The translations under genes were made by a program, and so were the position numbers. Under the pieces are notes generated by a model that saw nothing but the letters and a program-made list of their open reading frames with translations, made no database searches and was not told the DNA's origin. Source: Narcine bancroftii (lineage: Eukaryota). From it: a DNA stretch of 64,000 nt. Below are positions 13,790 through 27,483 of this stretch, piece after piece (the first letter of the stretch is position 1; every line of letters starts with the position of its first letter). The stretch is from positions 88,474,001 through 88,538,000 of the forward strand of contig NC_091478.1 in the NCBI RefSeq assembly GCF_036971445.1, in the 5' to 3' direction.

Positions 13790-14770
13790 ACGTTATTCCT
13801 AGGAGAGTGAATCTGAGGAAATCATCTGGTCTGGATGGAGTACCCAGCCGAATATTAAAAATCTGTGCTGACACACTTGGCAATGTGTTACAGATATCTT
13901 CAACATCTCACTCCAGCAGGGCATGGTGCCCACCTGTTTCAAACAGGCATCAATCGTACCTGTGCCCAAGAAGAGTGTGGTAACCTGACCAGTGGCACCA
14001 ACATCTACAGTGATGAGTGTTTTGAAAGACTGGTGTTGAAGTATATTAGCTCCTGTCTGAGCAGCAACATGGGTCCATTCCAATTTGCCTATTGTAGTAA
14101 GGCAGATTCCATCTCTCTGGCTTGACACAATGCCCTGGAACACCTGGACAGCAAAAATCCATTCATGAGGATGCTCTTTATTGACTACAGTTTGGCATTT
14201 AACACCATGATCTCCTCAAAATTGATTAGCATACTCTAAGACCTGGGACTCAACAGCCTACTAGGCAATTGGATCCTGGATTTCCTCACCTCCAAACCAC
14301 AATCAGTAAAGATTGGTAAGAACATCTCCTCCACAATCTCCATCAGTACTGAAGCACCACATGGTTGTGTTCTTTTCCCCCCACTCTCCTCGCTATGCAC
14401 TTCTGACTGTGCGGCTCAGTACAACAACAACACTATCTACAAATTCGCTGACAATGCTACAGTAGCAGTACTGAAAAGGGGAGATGAGTCAGCACACAAG
14501 AGGGAGATTGAAAACTTGGCTGAATGAAAACGTGGCACCAACAACAGCCTTGCACCCAATGCCACCAAACCCAAGGAATTGATTGTTGACTTCAGAAAAA
14601 CCACAGGTGTACAATCCAGTGATCATTGGGGATCAGAGATGGAGAGGGTGAGAAGATTTATGTTCTTGGGAGTCACTATCTCGGAGGATATTTCCTAGAC
14701 TCAACACACAAATAGCTTCATGAAGAAGGCACGTCAGCACCTCTATATCCTCAGGAGTTTGCAAAGGTTT
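13790..14770 (+). mobile_element. Rex1/Babar-type LINE reverse transcriptase fragment
   Basis: [29 protein letters not shown] and RMLFIDYSLAFNT motifs, with frameshifts. Confidence 0.85.
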
Positions 14771-14859
14771 CATTTGGAGGTTTTAACCATAAAGAAAACT
14801 TAAAGTCAGATTGAAAATCCCACCAAAATAAGGAAACTAATTTCCCCACAGATGTTAAA

Positions 14860-16680
14860 GTACCTAGACATATGCACAGAATCACTCTTTTTATTCAAAT
14901 ATTTTATTTTAAAAAGCATACAAGCAGTAGCTATAATTGTTATAATAATACAGATATCAAAAAACAAATTGATTACATACGTGAGGGCTTTCACCCCACC
15001 CCAAGAAGCCCCCCCCCAACCCAGCCACCCCCTTCAAAGAAACAATGTACAGAATGAAAAAAATAACTTTATTGGTATAAATAGAAAATAAAGAAAAAGA
15101 AAATAAATCTTTGGATTGCAGAGAAAGATGTCATCCAGTACAAATTACCAGATCTAATATAAACATACAAAGGAGAATCCCACAGGTCTCAAGGCATAAT
15201 AAGGATTTTGTTACGTTTAATCCCATTGTTTGGGTATATGGGTGCCAAGTTTGTTAAAACATAGGGTACTTATTCCTTAAATTATGTGATTCTTTTTCTA
15301 AAGAAATACAACTTTGAATTTCAGCATTCCACCTTGGCATAGTCAAAAAAATATCAGATTTCCAAGTAATTGCAATACATTTCCTTGCTACCGCTAATGC
15401 TAATTTGACAAATTCCATTTGATGAATTGATAGTTTTAATTTAGATCTTGAACCTTCAATATTTCCTAATAAGAAAAACTCAGGACTTTGTGGAAAAGCA
15501 ATCTCTCTAACTTTGTTCCAAAAAATTACGTAAAGCTCACAAATGGGCCTTACATTAGGACAGGACTTTGTTGAATGTATAAATGATCCTACATCTTCAC
15601 CACACCTAAAACATTGGTTTGATAAAACTGATTTCAATCTATTCAACTTCTGTGGTGTAAGGTACAATTATATTGAACTAATCTATATCTTACATTAATA
15701 GTATTAGTCATACAATCCCTACATATATTTTCCCACATTTCTTAATAATTAAGTCTGTTTCCCATCTCTGTCTAGACTCTAGATCTACATAATCCTGATT
15801 TGGAAGTTCCTGCTTGTAATAATGAATATATCGAAGAAGTAAATTTTTTAACAATCAGATTCCTAATAAGAACTTCTACTTCAGTACAACTTGACAGAAA
15901 CATAGTTGGTCCAAGCTTGTCCCTCAAATATGATCTTAACTGAAAAAAACAAAGAAGAGTATTATGTGGTATAGCATATTTTTTTTCTCAATTGCTCAAA
16001 TAACATGAATTGGCCTCTCTCGTAACAATCTTCAACATTAATAATCTCTTTATGAAACCATATATTCAAGAACTGATTATCTCTTGGAAAAGCTAAAAGA
16101 GGATTTTGGATCAATGGCATTTTAGGTGATATATACCCTCCACCAATATAATAATTTATTTTATTCCAAACATTAAGCAAATGTTTTAATAATGGTGTCT
16201 CTTTATCAGGAACCAACAATTTTGATTCCCCCTTATATAAAAATTATTCTGCTTTCTTCTCTTCTATTTTACTCAATTCTATATTAACCCATGCTGATTT
16301 TTTATTTTCAAAAAAGGAAGCAAGGTATTTCATCAGTGTCGCTCGGTAATAATTTCTAAAATTAGGAAGCTGTAAGCCTCCCAGTCTGTATTTCCATGTT
16401 AACTTCTCTTAGAAACTCTTGACATTTTATCTTTCCAAAGAATTTTCCTTTCATATTTGTTTTAATTCCTGAAATTTTTTTTGAGGCATTAAAATTGGAA
16501 CAGTCTGGAAAAGATACTGTATCCTTGGAAATATATTCATCTTTATACAATTCATCCTTCCAACTAAAGTTATAGGTAAATTTATCAATTTTTTCAAATC
16601 TTCTTCAATCTTTATAAGCAAAGATAAATAATTCAATTTATATTCATAGATCCACAGAATTACTTGACTCCAGTTTAATC
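14860..16680 (-). mobile_element. L1 (L1/Tx1-type) ORF2 3' fragment
   Basis: LPITLVGRMNCIKMNIFPRIQYLFQ and C-terminal knuckle CFRCGEDVGSFIHSTKSCP, followed by an AT-rich 3' UTR. Confidence 0.85.
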
Positions 16681-16996
16681 TGATTTTCAATATCACTGTA
16701 TAATTTTTTTCAGAAACAAATGAACACATTTTCAGCTCATGATTTTGGAATATATTATTTAGAATTTAGAAAAATGTTAAATTGTGATGATAAATAAGAA
16801 ATGTCAACCATGAGTCTTATCACACAGGATAGAATTTGGCCACTGCACTTGAATTTCCATTATCTCAAAATATACAGTGGATCCCACAAACAATTTTATT
16901 AACTGGTCCTGCAGTATTAAAGGTTTATATCTCTGAACCTCTGTTCTTTTACCACCTTTCAAGGCACAAAGTCAAAGAGCTGCAATGAACTTAATT

Positions 16997-17183
16997 CTTC
17001 TTCTTTCTTTGGCTTGGCTTCGCGGACGAAGATTTATGGAGGGGGTAAATGTCCACGTCAGCTGCAGGCTCGTTTGTGGCTGGCAAGTCCGATGCGGGAC
17101 AGGCAGACACGGTTGCAGCGGTTGCAGGGGAAAATTGGTTGGTTGGGGTTGGGTGTTGGGTTTTTCCTCCTTTGCCACTGACA
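16997..17183 (-). mobile_element. RTE-clade LINE, 5'-truncated 3' end
   Basis: Near-identical reverse complement of 7460-7645; perfect 13-bp TSD AATGAACTTAATT at 16984-16996 and 17184-17196. Confidence 0.85.
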
Positions 17184-19229
17184 AATGAACTTAATTACAG
17201 TGAGTTAATGAAAGATACAGTGAATTTGGAGTTCCCAATCATTTTGGTGGATATAATCTGAAAGTGCGTTTGAAATAAATGGCCATTCCATGCAAAGTCC
17301 CACTGACAATGATTTTCAGGAATTTTGATGCATAATCAATTCCACAATTATTATATATGATAGGCAGTACTGAATTAACTTGCAAATAATGGAGAAAGTA
17401 AGTACTGGAGTTTGATATTGCACTGAAAGTTATAATGGAAAAGACAGAAAAGAGAAGAGGTATGTCCAAGGAGGGCATGCGGGCATCCAGACACACATTC
17501 AAATGACAGTGGGGACACAAAGCTCAATTCGCCACTCACTCCCCAACAATTCCTGTCAATCGGGACACTAATATTCACAATCACAATCCTATCATTGCAG
17601 CAAATCTCACCCACGTTACATTCACTGCACAGATCACTATCTACTCAGTCATGTCACAGTGTATGGCACTCACTGACGTACTTTCTTTCCTTCTGGAGGA
17701 TCAGAAGGTGCAAGATAAAATAGAGCAGGAACAGTGCTAACACCTATCACCGTCATTGGGAGTGAAATACAGAGGTCAGCAGAAATGCTGAGGGAACTCA
17801 GCTGGTCTTGCAGCTTCCACAGGAGGTAAAGATATATTACTGATGTTTCAAGCCTGAGCCCTTCTTCAAGGTATACCAGCTGAGTTCCTCCAGCATTTAT
17901 TTTCATTGGGAGCACCATTACCAGCATTGCCTGTGGCCAAAATGACTGTATCATGTTAGGTCAATGAAAATTTTAAAAAAATAATACAGATCTGGAAATC
18001 AGATATGAAAAAAAAATGCTGGAAATACTTACATGCTATTTGAATAAGCCTACAACCCAATTAAAGTAGCTTTCACTCTCTGACTGGTGGTGTCTGGCAA
18101 ATGAAATGAATTGTAATTGTTTTTAATAGAAATAATGTCTTCAATCAAGCAAATAATAAATATGCTGAAAATATCTCACTTCCAGTCTGGAAAGAGCCAG
18201 AGGCACAGATACCTAGTTTTGGAATTGACACTATGGTCCTTGCCCTGCTTTCAGCTGGCATTTGTAGATTTTAATGAGGTCATCTTCAGCAAGCAACGGC
18301 TTCTTCATTTTCTAATCAGAGACTTGCATCTTGATCACCATTTAAGAAGTGTCCTCGTGATAGGAATCCTTCTCCCTTTCCTCCTCTTCCCTCCTCTATC
18401 ATTCAGCAGCTTTTCCTGATTTGCATGCCCCTTGCTAATTCTTTCAGGTTCGCTAAGAACGTCTTCTAATGCATCAAACATCCTGGGATGGTACTGACAT
18501 TGATTGTCCAGTCCCTTTGATCAAATATGTCCATAGTCTGAATTCAGGAAAATGTCCTCTCCGCCTGTCGCAGTAGATTTCTGTAACTTGAACCAATTGT
18601 AGAGAGAACCAGTGATTTTGAGAATAGCAATAACAGCTAGAAATAAAAATGGGTTAAAATGGGTTATGTACTATTTACTAATGCTCTGGAAAGTCCAAAA
18701 CAGTCAAACTATAAGAAGTTTTATTTAATTTTCCTTCTCTTTTTTGACTTACATTTAAAGATTCCTTTTCTTGAAATTATTGCCAAGTTAAAATGCAGAC
18801 AAAGAATTAATGTACAGTGACTTGTACAGTACAAGCGTCACTCGATGTCTGTCCATGACCCACCTTTACCACACTTTTGATTATTTTTTAGGTCAGTAGT
18901 TAGTGATATAATTATATTTCTAATTAACCTGTTGTACGTTCTGGCTGGATTAACTGTCATTTTACAATGATCATTTCCACCTTACAGGTGTTCATTTTAT
19001 AGTTTCTGGATAAGTAACTCATGAAAACTCTGTTTTTTCACCTGAAATATTCAAACTGAAAGGATACCAAGTGCATTATAACTCCCCCCCCCCCCCCCCC
19101 CCCGTTTTCCTCATAGTTTAGTATCAATCAGGGTGACAATGAGATGCTTATCAGGAAACAAAAGCAGTCCTTTTTTAACGTGGCATTAAACTGAATTGCA
19201 AATTCACACTAATTTTTCTGTGAGTTCTG

Positions 19230-20295
19230 TGTTACAAGCCCAGAGGACCCCAAAACCAAGCAGTAATAGATATTCACCAAGACAAATGGTTACTTAAACA
19301 AAATTTGCTTTTAACTATCTTTAAACATGAAAACAGGATCACACTTTAACTTATCACTATAAATTGAACTAACCTAACTTAACCCCCTTCTAATTCTTAG
19401 CGAACGTGTTTGTAATATGCATGTAAGTTCAGAAAAGTTCTTTGATTCACAGTCCAATCTCACTTCTCATACCTCCAAGTTTAATGATTGCAATCATTTC
19501 TTATACTGTGCACAGAATTTAACATTTATGAATTTCACCAGGCTTTGGTGCTTGAAAGGTAAATGGTTACCGCTCAGGAAGGTTCTTACCAGTTTTCAGA
19601 GAGAGATTTGTTATTTCTGGACACAGACTGATCCCTTTTAATCAGCCATTTCAGTATATTGCCAAAGAAACTTGCCCCATCAGGGTTTTGCATATGATAA
19701 CCTCCTTCTTTCAGGTCACCACAGAGTTACTTTTCGGTTTCCCTTATCTCAGGTGAAACACCACACAGACAGCCATCTTCACTTGTATGGATCACAAGAG
19801 CTTTGAACTGGCTGAACTAAGCACTCATAACCCATCTTCCAAATGGGGTTTTCCACAAGCTTGTCAGCTTGTCCTGTTCCAGTCCCAGCTGTTGCTGCTG
19901 AACTGTAGAACTCAAGAACTGAATTATCTCTCTCTCTCTCTCTCCCTCTCTCAGAAAAAAGCCGTATTTGACTGTCTCTGCTTGCATAAATCACATGACC
20001 CCCTTAGAACAGCAAGCTGCACTCCAGCCAGCCTGTGGCTCCAAACTACTTCTCCGATCTCTTTCATCTGTTGCTTTTCAAAACAATAATCCATTAGTGA
20101 AGTCTCTTGGGCACTCCCCAAAGCTTTGGCAAAGGCCCGCAGGAGCCGCCCTGTCTGGCTTGAGCAGAGCTCCAGTATTTTAAATGAGATCTGTTTTGAA
20201 GTGTTTGTATGTGACCTACACTAAAAAAAACCTGCCTCAATTTATCTCCCAAAAACATATCTATATACAATATAAACACAACATAATCTGTCACA
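19230..20295. mobile_element. Solo LTR (~1.07 kb), Gypsy-like
   Basis: TGT...ACA termini; perfect 4-bp TSD TCTG at 19226-19229 and 20296-20299. Confidence 0.85.
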
Positions 20296-21004
20296 TCTGT
20301 CAGTACAAATCCTAGGATAAATTTTCCCAAGGTTTTGCCCAAGAATGTTGGTACTGCAACTAAATGTATTGCTAGATTTAAAATATTTTATAACTGGGCT
20401 TTCTCAGATTATAGTGGAAATACTGTTGTGTGAATTTTATAGTTTCACTGTCATTCTTTGAATCACCTTCTCATTCCATCAATGTGCGTTTGTTCAATAT
20501 TTCACAATTCCCTCATGCAGTTGATGAGAATCAATCTAACTGGATTAGACATTCACAATGGATATGTTTATTTCATTGAAAGTCTCAACTCTCCTTAGTT
20601 AATAACCACTGGAGAAAAAGCCAATGCCAGAAATAATCTAATTTTTAAGCAGAAAACAACTTTTATGAATATTATTTTTTCAATAATTAATGGGAAGACA
20701 AAAAGCATAAATTGGATGAGACATTGCTTTAAAAAGGCACTGTATATTGAAAAGAAACTTAACATAACCACACTTGATTTCAGTGATAGAACACTGTTTG
20801 GGAGGCTGCTTTGAATTGGCTAAGTCATTTTGAAACTTATAGCAATGCATTTAATTAAAATTGGGCAATTTGAATTGTACAGCAGATCTTCTGTGCAACA
20901 AACATCAAATACACAGCACATAAAATTTCAGTGTAACATATCAATGCATTACAGCTGGTTTCAGCAGATCCAGGTTTAATTCCCAATATACAGGATTAGC
21001 TTGC

Positions 21005-21960
21005 CCAGAGAAGGCAGAGGGTGGTTATACGTGGTTAATTTTCTGCATGGAGTTTGGTGACAGTGAGGTTCCACAGGGATCTCCCCTTCCTCTTTGTAAT
21101 TTTTATAAATTACCTGAATAAGTGGAAGGGTGGGTTAGTAAGTTTGTGGATGACACAAAAAGTGGGTGATTTTGAGAGTTGCCAGTGATTACGAAGCTTC
21201 ATTGATAGGATGCAGAGCTGGGCTGAGAAATGGAAGATGGAGTTTAACCCAAAAAAGTTCGAGATTGCTCATATCAATGTCAAATATGAAGGAAGAATGC
21301 AATGTTAATGGGGGGACTCTGACCAGTGTGGATGAACAGAGGGACCTTGGGGTTCGTGTCCATAGGATACTCAAAGCTGCAGCGCAGGTCAATATTGTTG
21401 TTCAGAAGGAGTGAGATAATATTTCAACTATGTAAGACCTTGGTTAGACCCCACTTGTAAAATTGTGTTTAGTTCTGGGCACCTAATTATAGGAAAGATG
21501 TGGATGCTGCAGAGAGGGTGCAGAGGTGATTAATAAGGATGTTGCCTGGATTTGAGCACATCCCTTACTTTTTCCCTTGCAGCAACAGGGAATGAGGGGT
21601 GAACTGATAGAGGTATACAATATGAAGAGAGGCACTGATTGTGTGGCAGGCCAGAGGCTTTTTCCCCAGCGCTGAAATGGCTATCACCAGGTGACATATT
21701 TTTAAGGTGCTTGGGAGTAAGGGTGAGGAGAGGGAGTGTAAGAGGTAAATTCTTCACACAGAGATTGGTGGGTACATGGAATGTCTTGCCGCCAATGGTG
21801 GTGGAAACAGGTTCAATAGTTTAAGAGACTATCCTATTTTTAAGATAAGTACATGGAACAGAGAAAAATAGTGGGTTATGCAGCTGACAGAATAGGTTAT
21901 TATGTTGGCACAACAGTCTGGGTCAAAGAGCCTGTACTGCGCTATAGATTTCAATGTTCT
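21005..21960 (+). mobile_element. CR1-type LINE 3' fragment
   Basis: SKFVDDTK (variant of the CR1 FADD motif), EQRDLGVRVH..LK and FFTQRLVGTWNVLP motifs. Confidence 0.85.
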
Positions 21961-23039
21961 CTGTTTTGCTTTTAGGCATGATTTGTTATTCAAAACCACT
22001 ACTTTGATGAATCTGAGCTCGTGTGATCATGTTAACTTTCATTTAAATGTTGGTTGATTATCACTATACTTTAAGAACCTTAAAGAACTTAAAATACTTT
22101 AAGAACCTTCTTCTGAAACTTAGGTCAGAAGATACAGTATTCTTGTACCTTACCGGCATTTATCTAAGTCATCTCTTCAGTCAAAGAAAAAAATCTTCCA
22201 CAAATCAATTTTGCCTTCTCATTGGAGAGAAACCTTTGCAAAAAAAAAACCAAATGTACATTTGTTGAAAATCATTAAACAAATAAAAACAATCTATAAT
22301 CAAGCCAACAATAACTCTCTTGCACACCAATAAAGAGGCAGTAGCTCAATTTGTTCTCACAGTTATTGATGAGAAATGTACGCTATTGCCATTGTTTTGG
22401 CAGATGAGAGTGCTATCTATCTATATATATGTATATATTAGGTATAAGGGAATAGATTACACAATTTGGTATATTTCCTCTGAAGGCATCAGCTTTTCCT
22501 TGTTTTAAACATTGACATGTTCATAAACCCAGGACATTCAGTTTTCAGATTTCCAATTTCAGATCAGATTTCAGATTTATTGTCAGAGTACATATGACAT
22601 CACATACAACCCTGAGATTCTTTTTTCTGCAGACAAGGCAGAATTACCACTGATTGGTACATTCACATTCACTTATCATTAACATTCCACAACAGCTTGA
22701 ATTGTTTGTTGAAATGAACAATGATTTATGGTTTAATATCTGGAATATACTGCAGAATTTCAATTTTGCCATCAAATAAGTTCATCCACAATACTTTAAG
22801 TTCTCAGGTGAATGAAGGAGTCATTTGCTCTGCAAATTTCATTTCAACAAACATTTTCAAGTAGACCGTTTCTGTTTCACCATTATGTTCAGTGGTGAAT
22901 TGGTGATTGTTCCAATGGACTTCTAATGCACCATGGAGCAGAGGATCTTCTGAATAAAGCAACTGACTGGAACATGAGAAGGAGAAAGGGATGGGTTCTC
23001 TGCATGTAGCCATATTCCCACTCTATCCTTCAAGTACAG

Positions 23040-23400
23040 TTCTGTGTGCACTTGAGTGAGAAGGTTTCTGTTAGCCACAACCCCACCTCTTCCCCCCGCC
23101 CCCCACCCTATGTTTTCTTTTCTGTAGCTCTGTCTCCCTTTCCTTTCCCTTCTACCTCTTTTACCAGAGCCAAACACTCCCCCCCCCCCCCACCATCCCC
23201 TTCCCACAATCAATTCTCACCTTTCCTTTCTCCATATCTAATTAGCACTTTTGTTTCTTGGTCTTTACTCATCCCCTACCATTTCGTTTATTCAGATGCT
23301 GCCTGCTTTTTCCATACCTTGAAGAAGGGCTCAGGCATGAAAAGTCATTACCTCCCGTGGATGCTGCGAGACCTGCTCAGTTCCTCCAGCATTTCCGTGT
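23040..23400 (+). mobile_element. Penelope-like element 3' remnant
   Basis: Pyrimidine-rich tract plus CCTTGAAGAAGGGCTCAGG..GACCTGCTCAGTTCCTCCAGCA tail, shared with 53630-54215 and 56270-57265. Confidence 0.55.
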
Positions 23401-24789
23401 TATTGCTGAGTAGAAATACAGCAGAGGCTGAACTTCAGCGTGGAGGTGTGACTCAGACCTCTCGCGTGCTGCACCCACCAGCTGCATTGTGTGGATTTTT
23501 CTGTCAATGTCTGTGAAATCAAGTTGTTGTTGACAACATCACCAATGTGCTCCAGTGTGTAACTCATTGCTTGAGTAGGATGGAGGGACATGTTCTTTAT
23601 TCAGGGAAAACAATATGAATCTGGCTCCTCAGGTGCAGAACAACAGAAAGAATTTATCAGGAAGCTTAGAAAAATATAGGTTTCTAATGTAAAACTGACT
23701 GACCCATAATGACTTAACAGTGCCTTGAAAAGGGAAAAAAGCCTATTTTGATCCACACAAACCTACTGTTAACTTCATAGAATAAGGACACATGAATGCA
23801 TTATTTAGCAATAAACAGTGTATTTATTGTGAAAATCTCCATGGAAAATAAGGTCACTGCATAAAGTTTTCATGCAGCCTACATTAGAATAAATGGACAC
23901 AGATTAATTATTAATCCCAATTACAGCTCATATCTTCCACAGTGATCCAATTTCTCCCCAGGCTCTTTAAACCAAAATTAAAGATAAAAGGCAAATCATA
24001 ACAGAAGACAATAAAGATGGTGTCCTTCATAGCATTTGTACTGGGTAACACATATAACCTGAGACTGGCCTTTGAACAGCTCATGCGGAATTAGAAGCTA
24101 GGAAATGACCACTTTGTGTGTGTAGGTATTGCTTCCATTCCAAAACATATGAGGAGGAAAGTTATAAGGTAAGGATTTCAATGTAACACAATGGATGTCG
24201 ATAAGAGATAGAGAAGGAGAAGTGTTCTTTCTTAATTAATTAAATATTGGAGAAATTCATAGATAAGAGGGGCTTGGAGGGATAGAAATCAAGTGCAGAC
24301 AAATTGGATTAGTCCAGAATATCATATTGGCTGACATGGGTTTGTTAGGCCGAAGGGCCTGTTCAATGTTGTATGACAATATAACTAAAAATAGCTTGAT
24401 GATTTGAAAGTTAGGCATAAAAGATTCTTGTAAAAACACACCGAAATGCTGTAGTACGACATCTTACATTCAAATGGAAGGCCCTGCCAAGGATCTTTTA
24501 TGAAATATGAAATTTCCAGATGCTGTGATTGTAGTTAAAAACACACCAAAATACTGGAAGAATTCAGCTGGCCTTTCAGCATCCATAAAAAACCAAAGAT
24601 ATATTGCACTGTTCTGCTCAGTGGACTAGAGAACTCTGTTTCATTGGGTTGTACTGGTACAACTGGATGACAAATACATTGAATTTAAATTTTTTTACAA
24701 AACTGGGCATTGCTTACAAGACCACCATATCTCTTCTCGATATCAGTGGTAATCCTTTCCCTAAAGACCACTGGTGAACCAGTTAAACA

Positions 24790-24972
24790 GGAAATTACAC
24801 CTAAATTAACCTACAACCCCATGTTTTGAAGAGTAGGAGGAAACCAGGGCACCCAGAGATAACCCATGCAGGTTACAGAGAATACATTCAAACTTCTTAC
24901 AGATAGTGTGGCATTTGAACACAGGTTGCTGTAATAGCGTCACACCAACCATTAAGCTAACCGTACTGCCCT
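24790..24972 (-). mobile_element. tRNA-derived SINE (V-SINE/HE1-like)
   Basis: Reverse complement matches the head and core of the SINE at 45905-46110. Confidence 0.6.
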
Positions 24973-25739
24973 GTTAACCTATATGCTGACGTGTGGGTGG
25001 GTGTGTTGTCTTTCATTTGTGTTTGATTTTGTGTAATAATAAATTGCATGAACGTGTCCAGGATTGTCACTCATTGAACACATCAAATCTGTTACCATCC
25101 TTAAGAGTTTATATATTTTGGAAATTTTCATTTCCACCATTTATGCAATGAACAGGTCAGCAAATAGAATGGTTGATGCCTGGATGCCAGCTCCACTATC
25201 TTCCGTTCTCATATCTGAGAGTTAGAGGTCTTTCCACAGCTCCATATCTCACCAGAAGATGTGAAACATGTACACCCAATTCTTAACCTACAGTGCTCCA
25301 CCAAAGTAAAAGACACTAAAGAATATGTGTTTATTTCAAATAAAAATATAAAATTCAAAAAGGTCTGCAGCACTGTTAATTCATGTTTTGTGCCTGACTT
25401 ATTCAGTGTTCCAGAATTTCCTGTTTTTATTTCAATTGTCTGCATCTGCAGTTTTGTTTCTCCTATTTTCAGGGTGATAATTAAAGGTTGAGGAAGTGAA
25501 TTTCAGGTCAAGATCTTTCTGGTCCAACATCTTGAACTGCGATATCTGGCAGATCAGGAACTCTTGCAACACATCTGACTCAAACCACTGTTGGGAATGA
25601 CCATGAGACAAGTGGGTGAGAGAACCTCACTGCGACGGCTTCCTCACTCTACAAAAACACTCCTGAGTGTCATTGGTTCTGTCATTTTCAACTCCAGCCT
25701 ATCTATTCCCATTCAGGATAGGCCTTATGAGAAAAGTTC

Positions 25740-27483
25740 CTCTGACGCCAATTAGTGGTTTGCATCTTGTAGTGTAGCCTCTCTACTTCTGTGCATGAAG
25801 TATTCCGCGGACAGTAATTATTGACACATCTACACATGCCTTCTGAACAGTTTCTAAACTGCTGGACATGCATTCGGGTATTTTTATTCATTATGATGTG
25901 AGTTCTTCTGACATCAGCAGTCTTCCTTGGAATACCAGTCCCTTTACGATTACTGAGCTCACCAGTACTCTCTTTCTTCTTAAACATGTTCCAAACTGTT
26001 GATTTTGGTCATCCTAAGGTTTGGGTGGTCTCTTACTGTTTTATTCTTGTTTTTCAGCCTCATTATGGCTTCTTTGACTTTCATTGGCTCAACTCTGGTC
26101 CTCACATTGAAAAATAGTATCTACAGATTGCAAAGATGATAAAAAGCTCAGAAGCAAGCTCTCTTCTCTTATATCTGCACCAAAGAAGCAATTAAACATA
26201 TCTGAGTAATCGCCAACATCTGTGAAGCCAAATGCCCAAATATTATGGTGCCCTGAAATGAGGGAACTATGTTCAAAAAGTGCTGTTATTTCTACATGGT
26301 CAAACCAAAATGTATACTGTTATGAGCCCAAAGGACCCCAAAACCCAGCAGCAATAGACATTCACCAAGACAAGTAGTTTTTAAAACAAAAGTTGTTTCT
26401 AATCAACTTTAAACATGAAAACAGAATCAAACTTTAACTTATCTCTATACTTAACTAACCCAAATTAACCCCCTTCTAATTCTAAGTGCACGTGTATGTA
26501 ATGTGTGTGTAAATTTAAGAAAAGCTCTTTGGTTCACAGTTCAATCTTACTTCTCCTTCTTCCAAGTTCTTATACTGTGCACAGAATTTAACATGTATAA
26601 AGTTCACCAGGCTTTGGTGCTCAAAAGGTAAATGTTTACTGCTCAGAAAGGTTCTTGTAGGGTTTGCAGAGTGAGATTTGTTGTTCAGGATTTCCACAAC
26701 TGAGATACCACCATTAGTCACCTCAAGGTCTCGCTGATGAAACTTGCACCATTAGGGTTTTCCAGATGGTAACCTCTTTCTTCAGACTACCACAGAGTTA
26801 ATTCCTGTTCCTCTTATTCCAAGAGAAACATCAGGCAGACAGCACTTCCAGCCATCCACTGCTCTGTATCTTTCTTTTTCCAACCAGCTCTTCCTGGCTT
26901 GTTTCAGCCGTGACTGTTCAGTGTCACACACACTAGCTGAGAGGGCTTCTCTTCTCTCCCTCTCTCTCTCTCTCTCCAACTGAGACTGCCAGAAAGCCCA
27001 CGTGACTCTTTCACTTGCAAAATCCCCACCTTCTTCAGCAAACAACAGGAGTTCTTCTCCTTGGTCACGATGTTGTCTTAGATAAACAAAACCCAGGAAT
27101 GACCTTTCTGTGAGCGTGTGTACTTTTTAACAGCCAGTTTGTCTCCTACAAACAATGGTCTTTCATTTCATGACATCATTTCAATTAGCACCAACTTGTG
27201 AAATGTGCATAAAAGTCTCCAAAGATCCTGCAATGTTACTGAATATGAATTCTTCAATATTTCAAATAAAATCTGTTTTAAAATGTGTGTATGTATGTAT
27301 GTAACCTACTCTAAATCTTACCAAAATCCTCCCAATATTTATCCATTACAATACAAATAACCTTGAATAAATTCTGAAATGTACACCTTAATTGCATTGT
27401 CTGATTACAAATTTACAATCATGGACCACAGGGGCAAATAAAGGAAAAAAGCATCTTGGTCCCAAACATTATGAAGGACACTG
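25740..27483 (-). mobile_element. Tc1-family DNA transposon remnant (IR/DR type), split by a solo LTR
   Basis: ORF 25703-25987 has transposase N-terminal text (GELSNRKGTGIPRKT). Terminal CAGTGTCCTTCATAATGTTTGGGACC is flanked by TA (27484-27485). An inner DR-like copy sits at ~26234-26255. Confidence 0.75.
26318..27350. mobile_element. Solo LTR (~1.03 kb) nested in the Tc1 terminal repeat
   Basis: TGTTATG...CATTACA termini; perfect 4-bp TSD ATAC at 26314-26317 and 27351-27354; first ~470 bp homologous to 19230-20295. Confidence 0.88.

Noticed and set aside
19084-19103. Long poly-C run (similar C/G runs near 54595 and 55345)
   Set aside because: Simple homopolymers of unreliable length, with no supporting context.
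12150-23010. In-frame TGAs read as selenocysteine codons
   Set aside because: No selenoprotein motif or SECIS element recognised, and other stop types occur in neighbouring segments.
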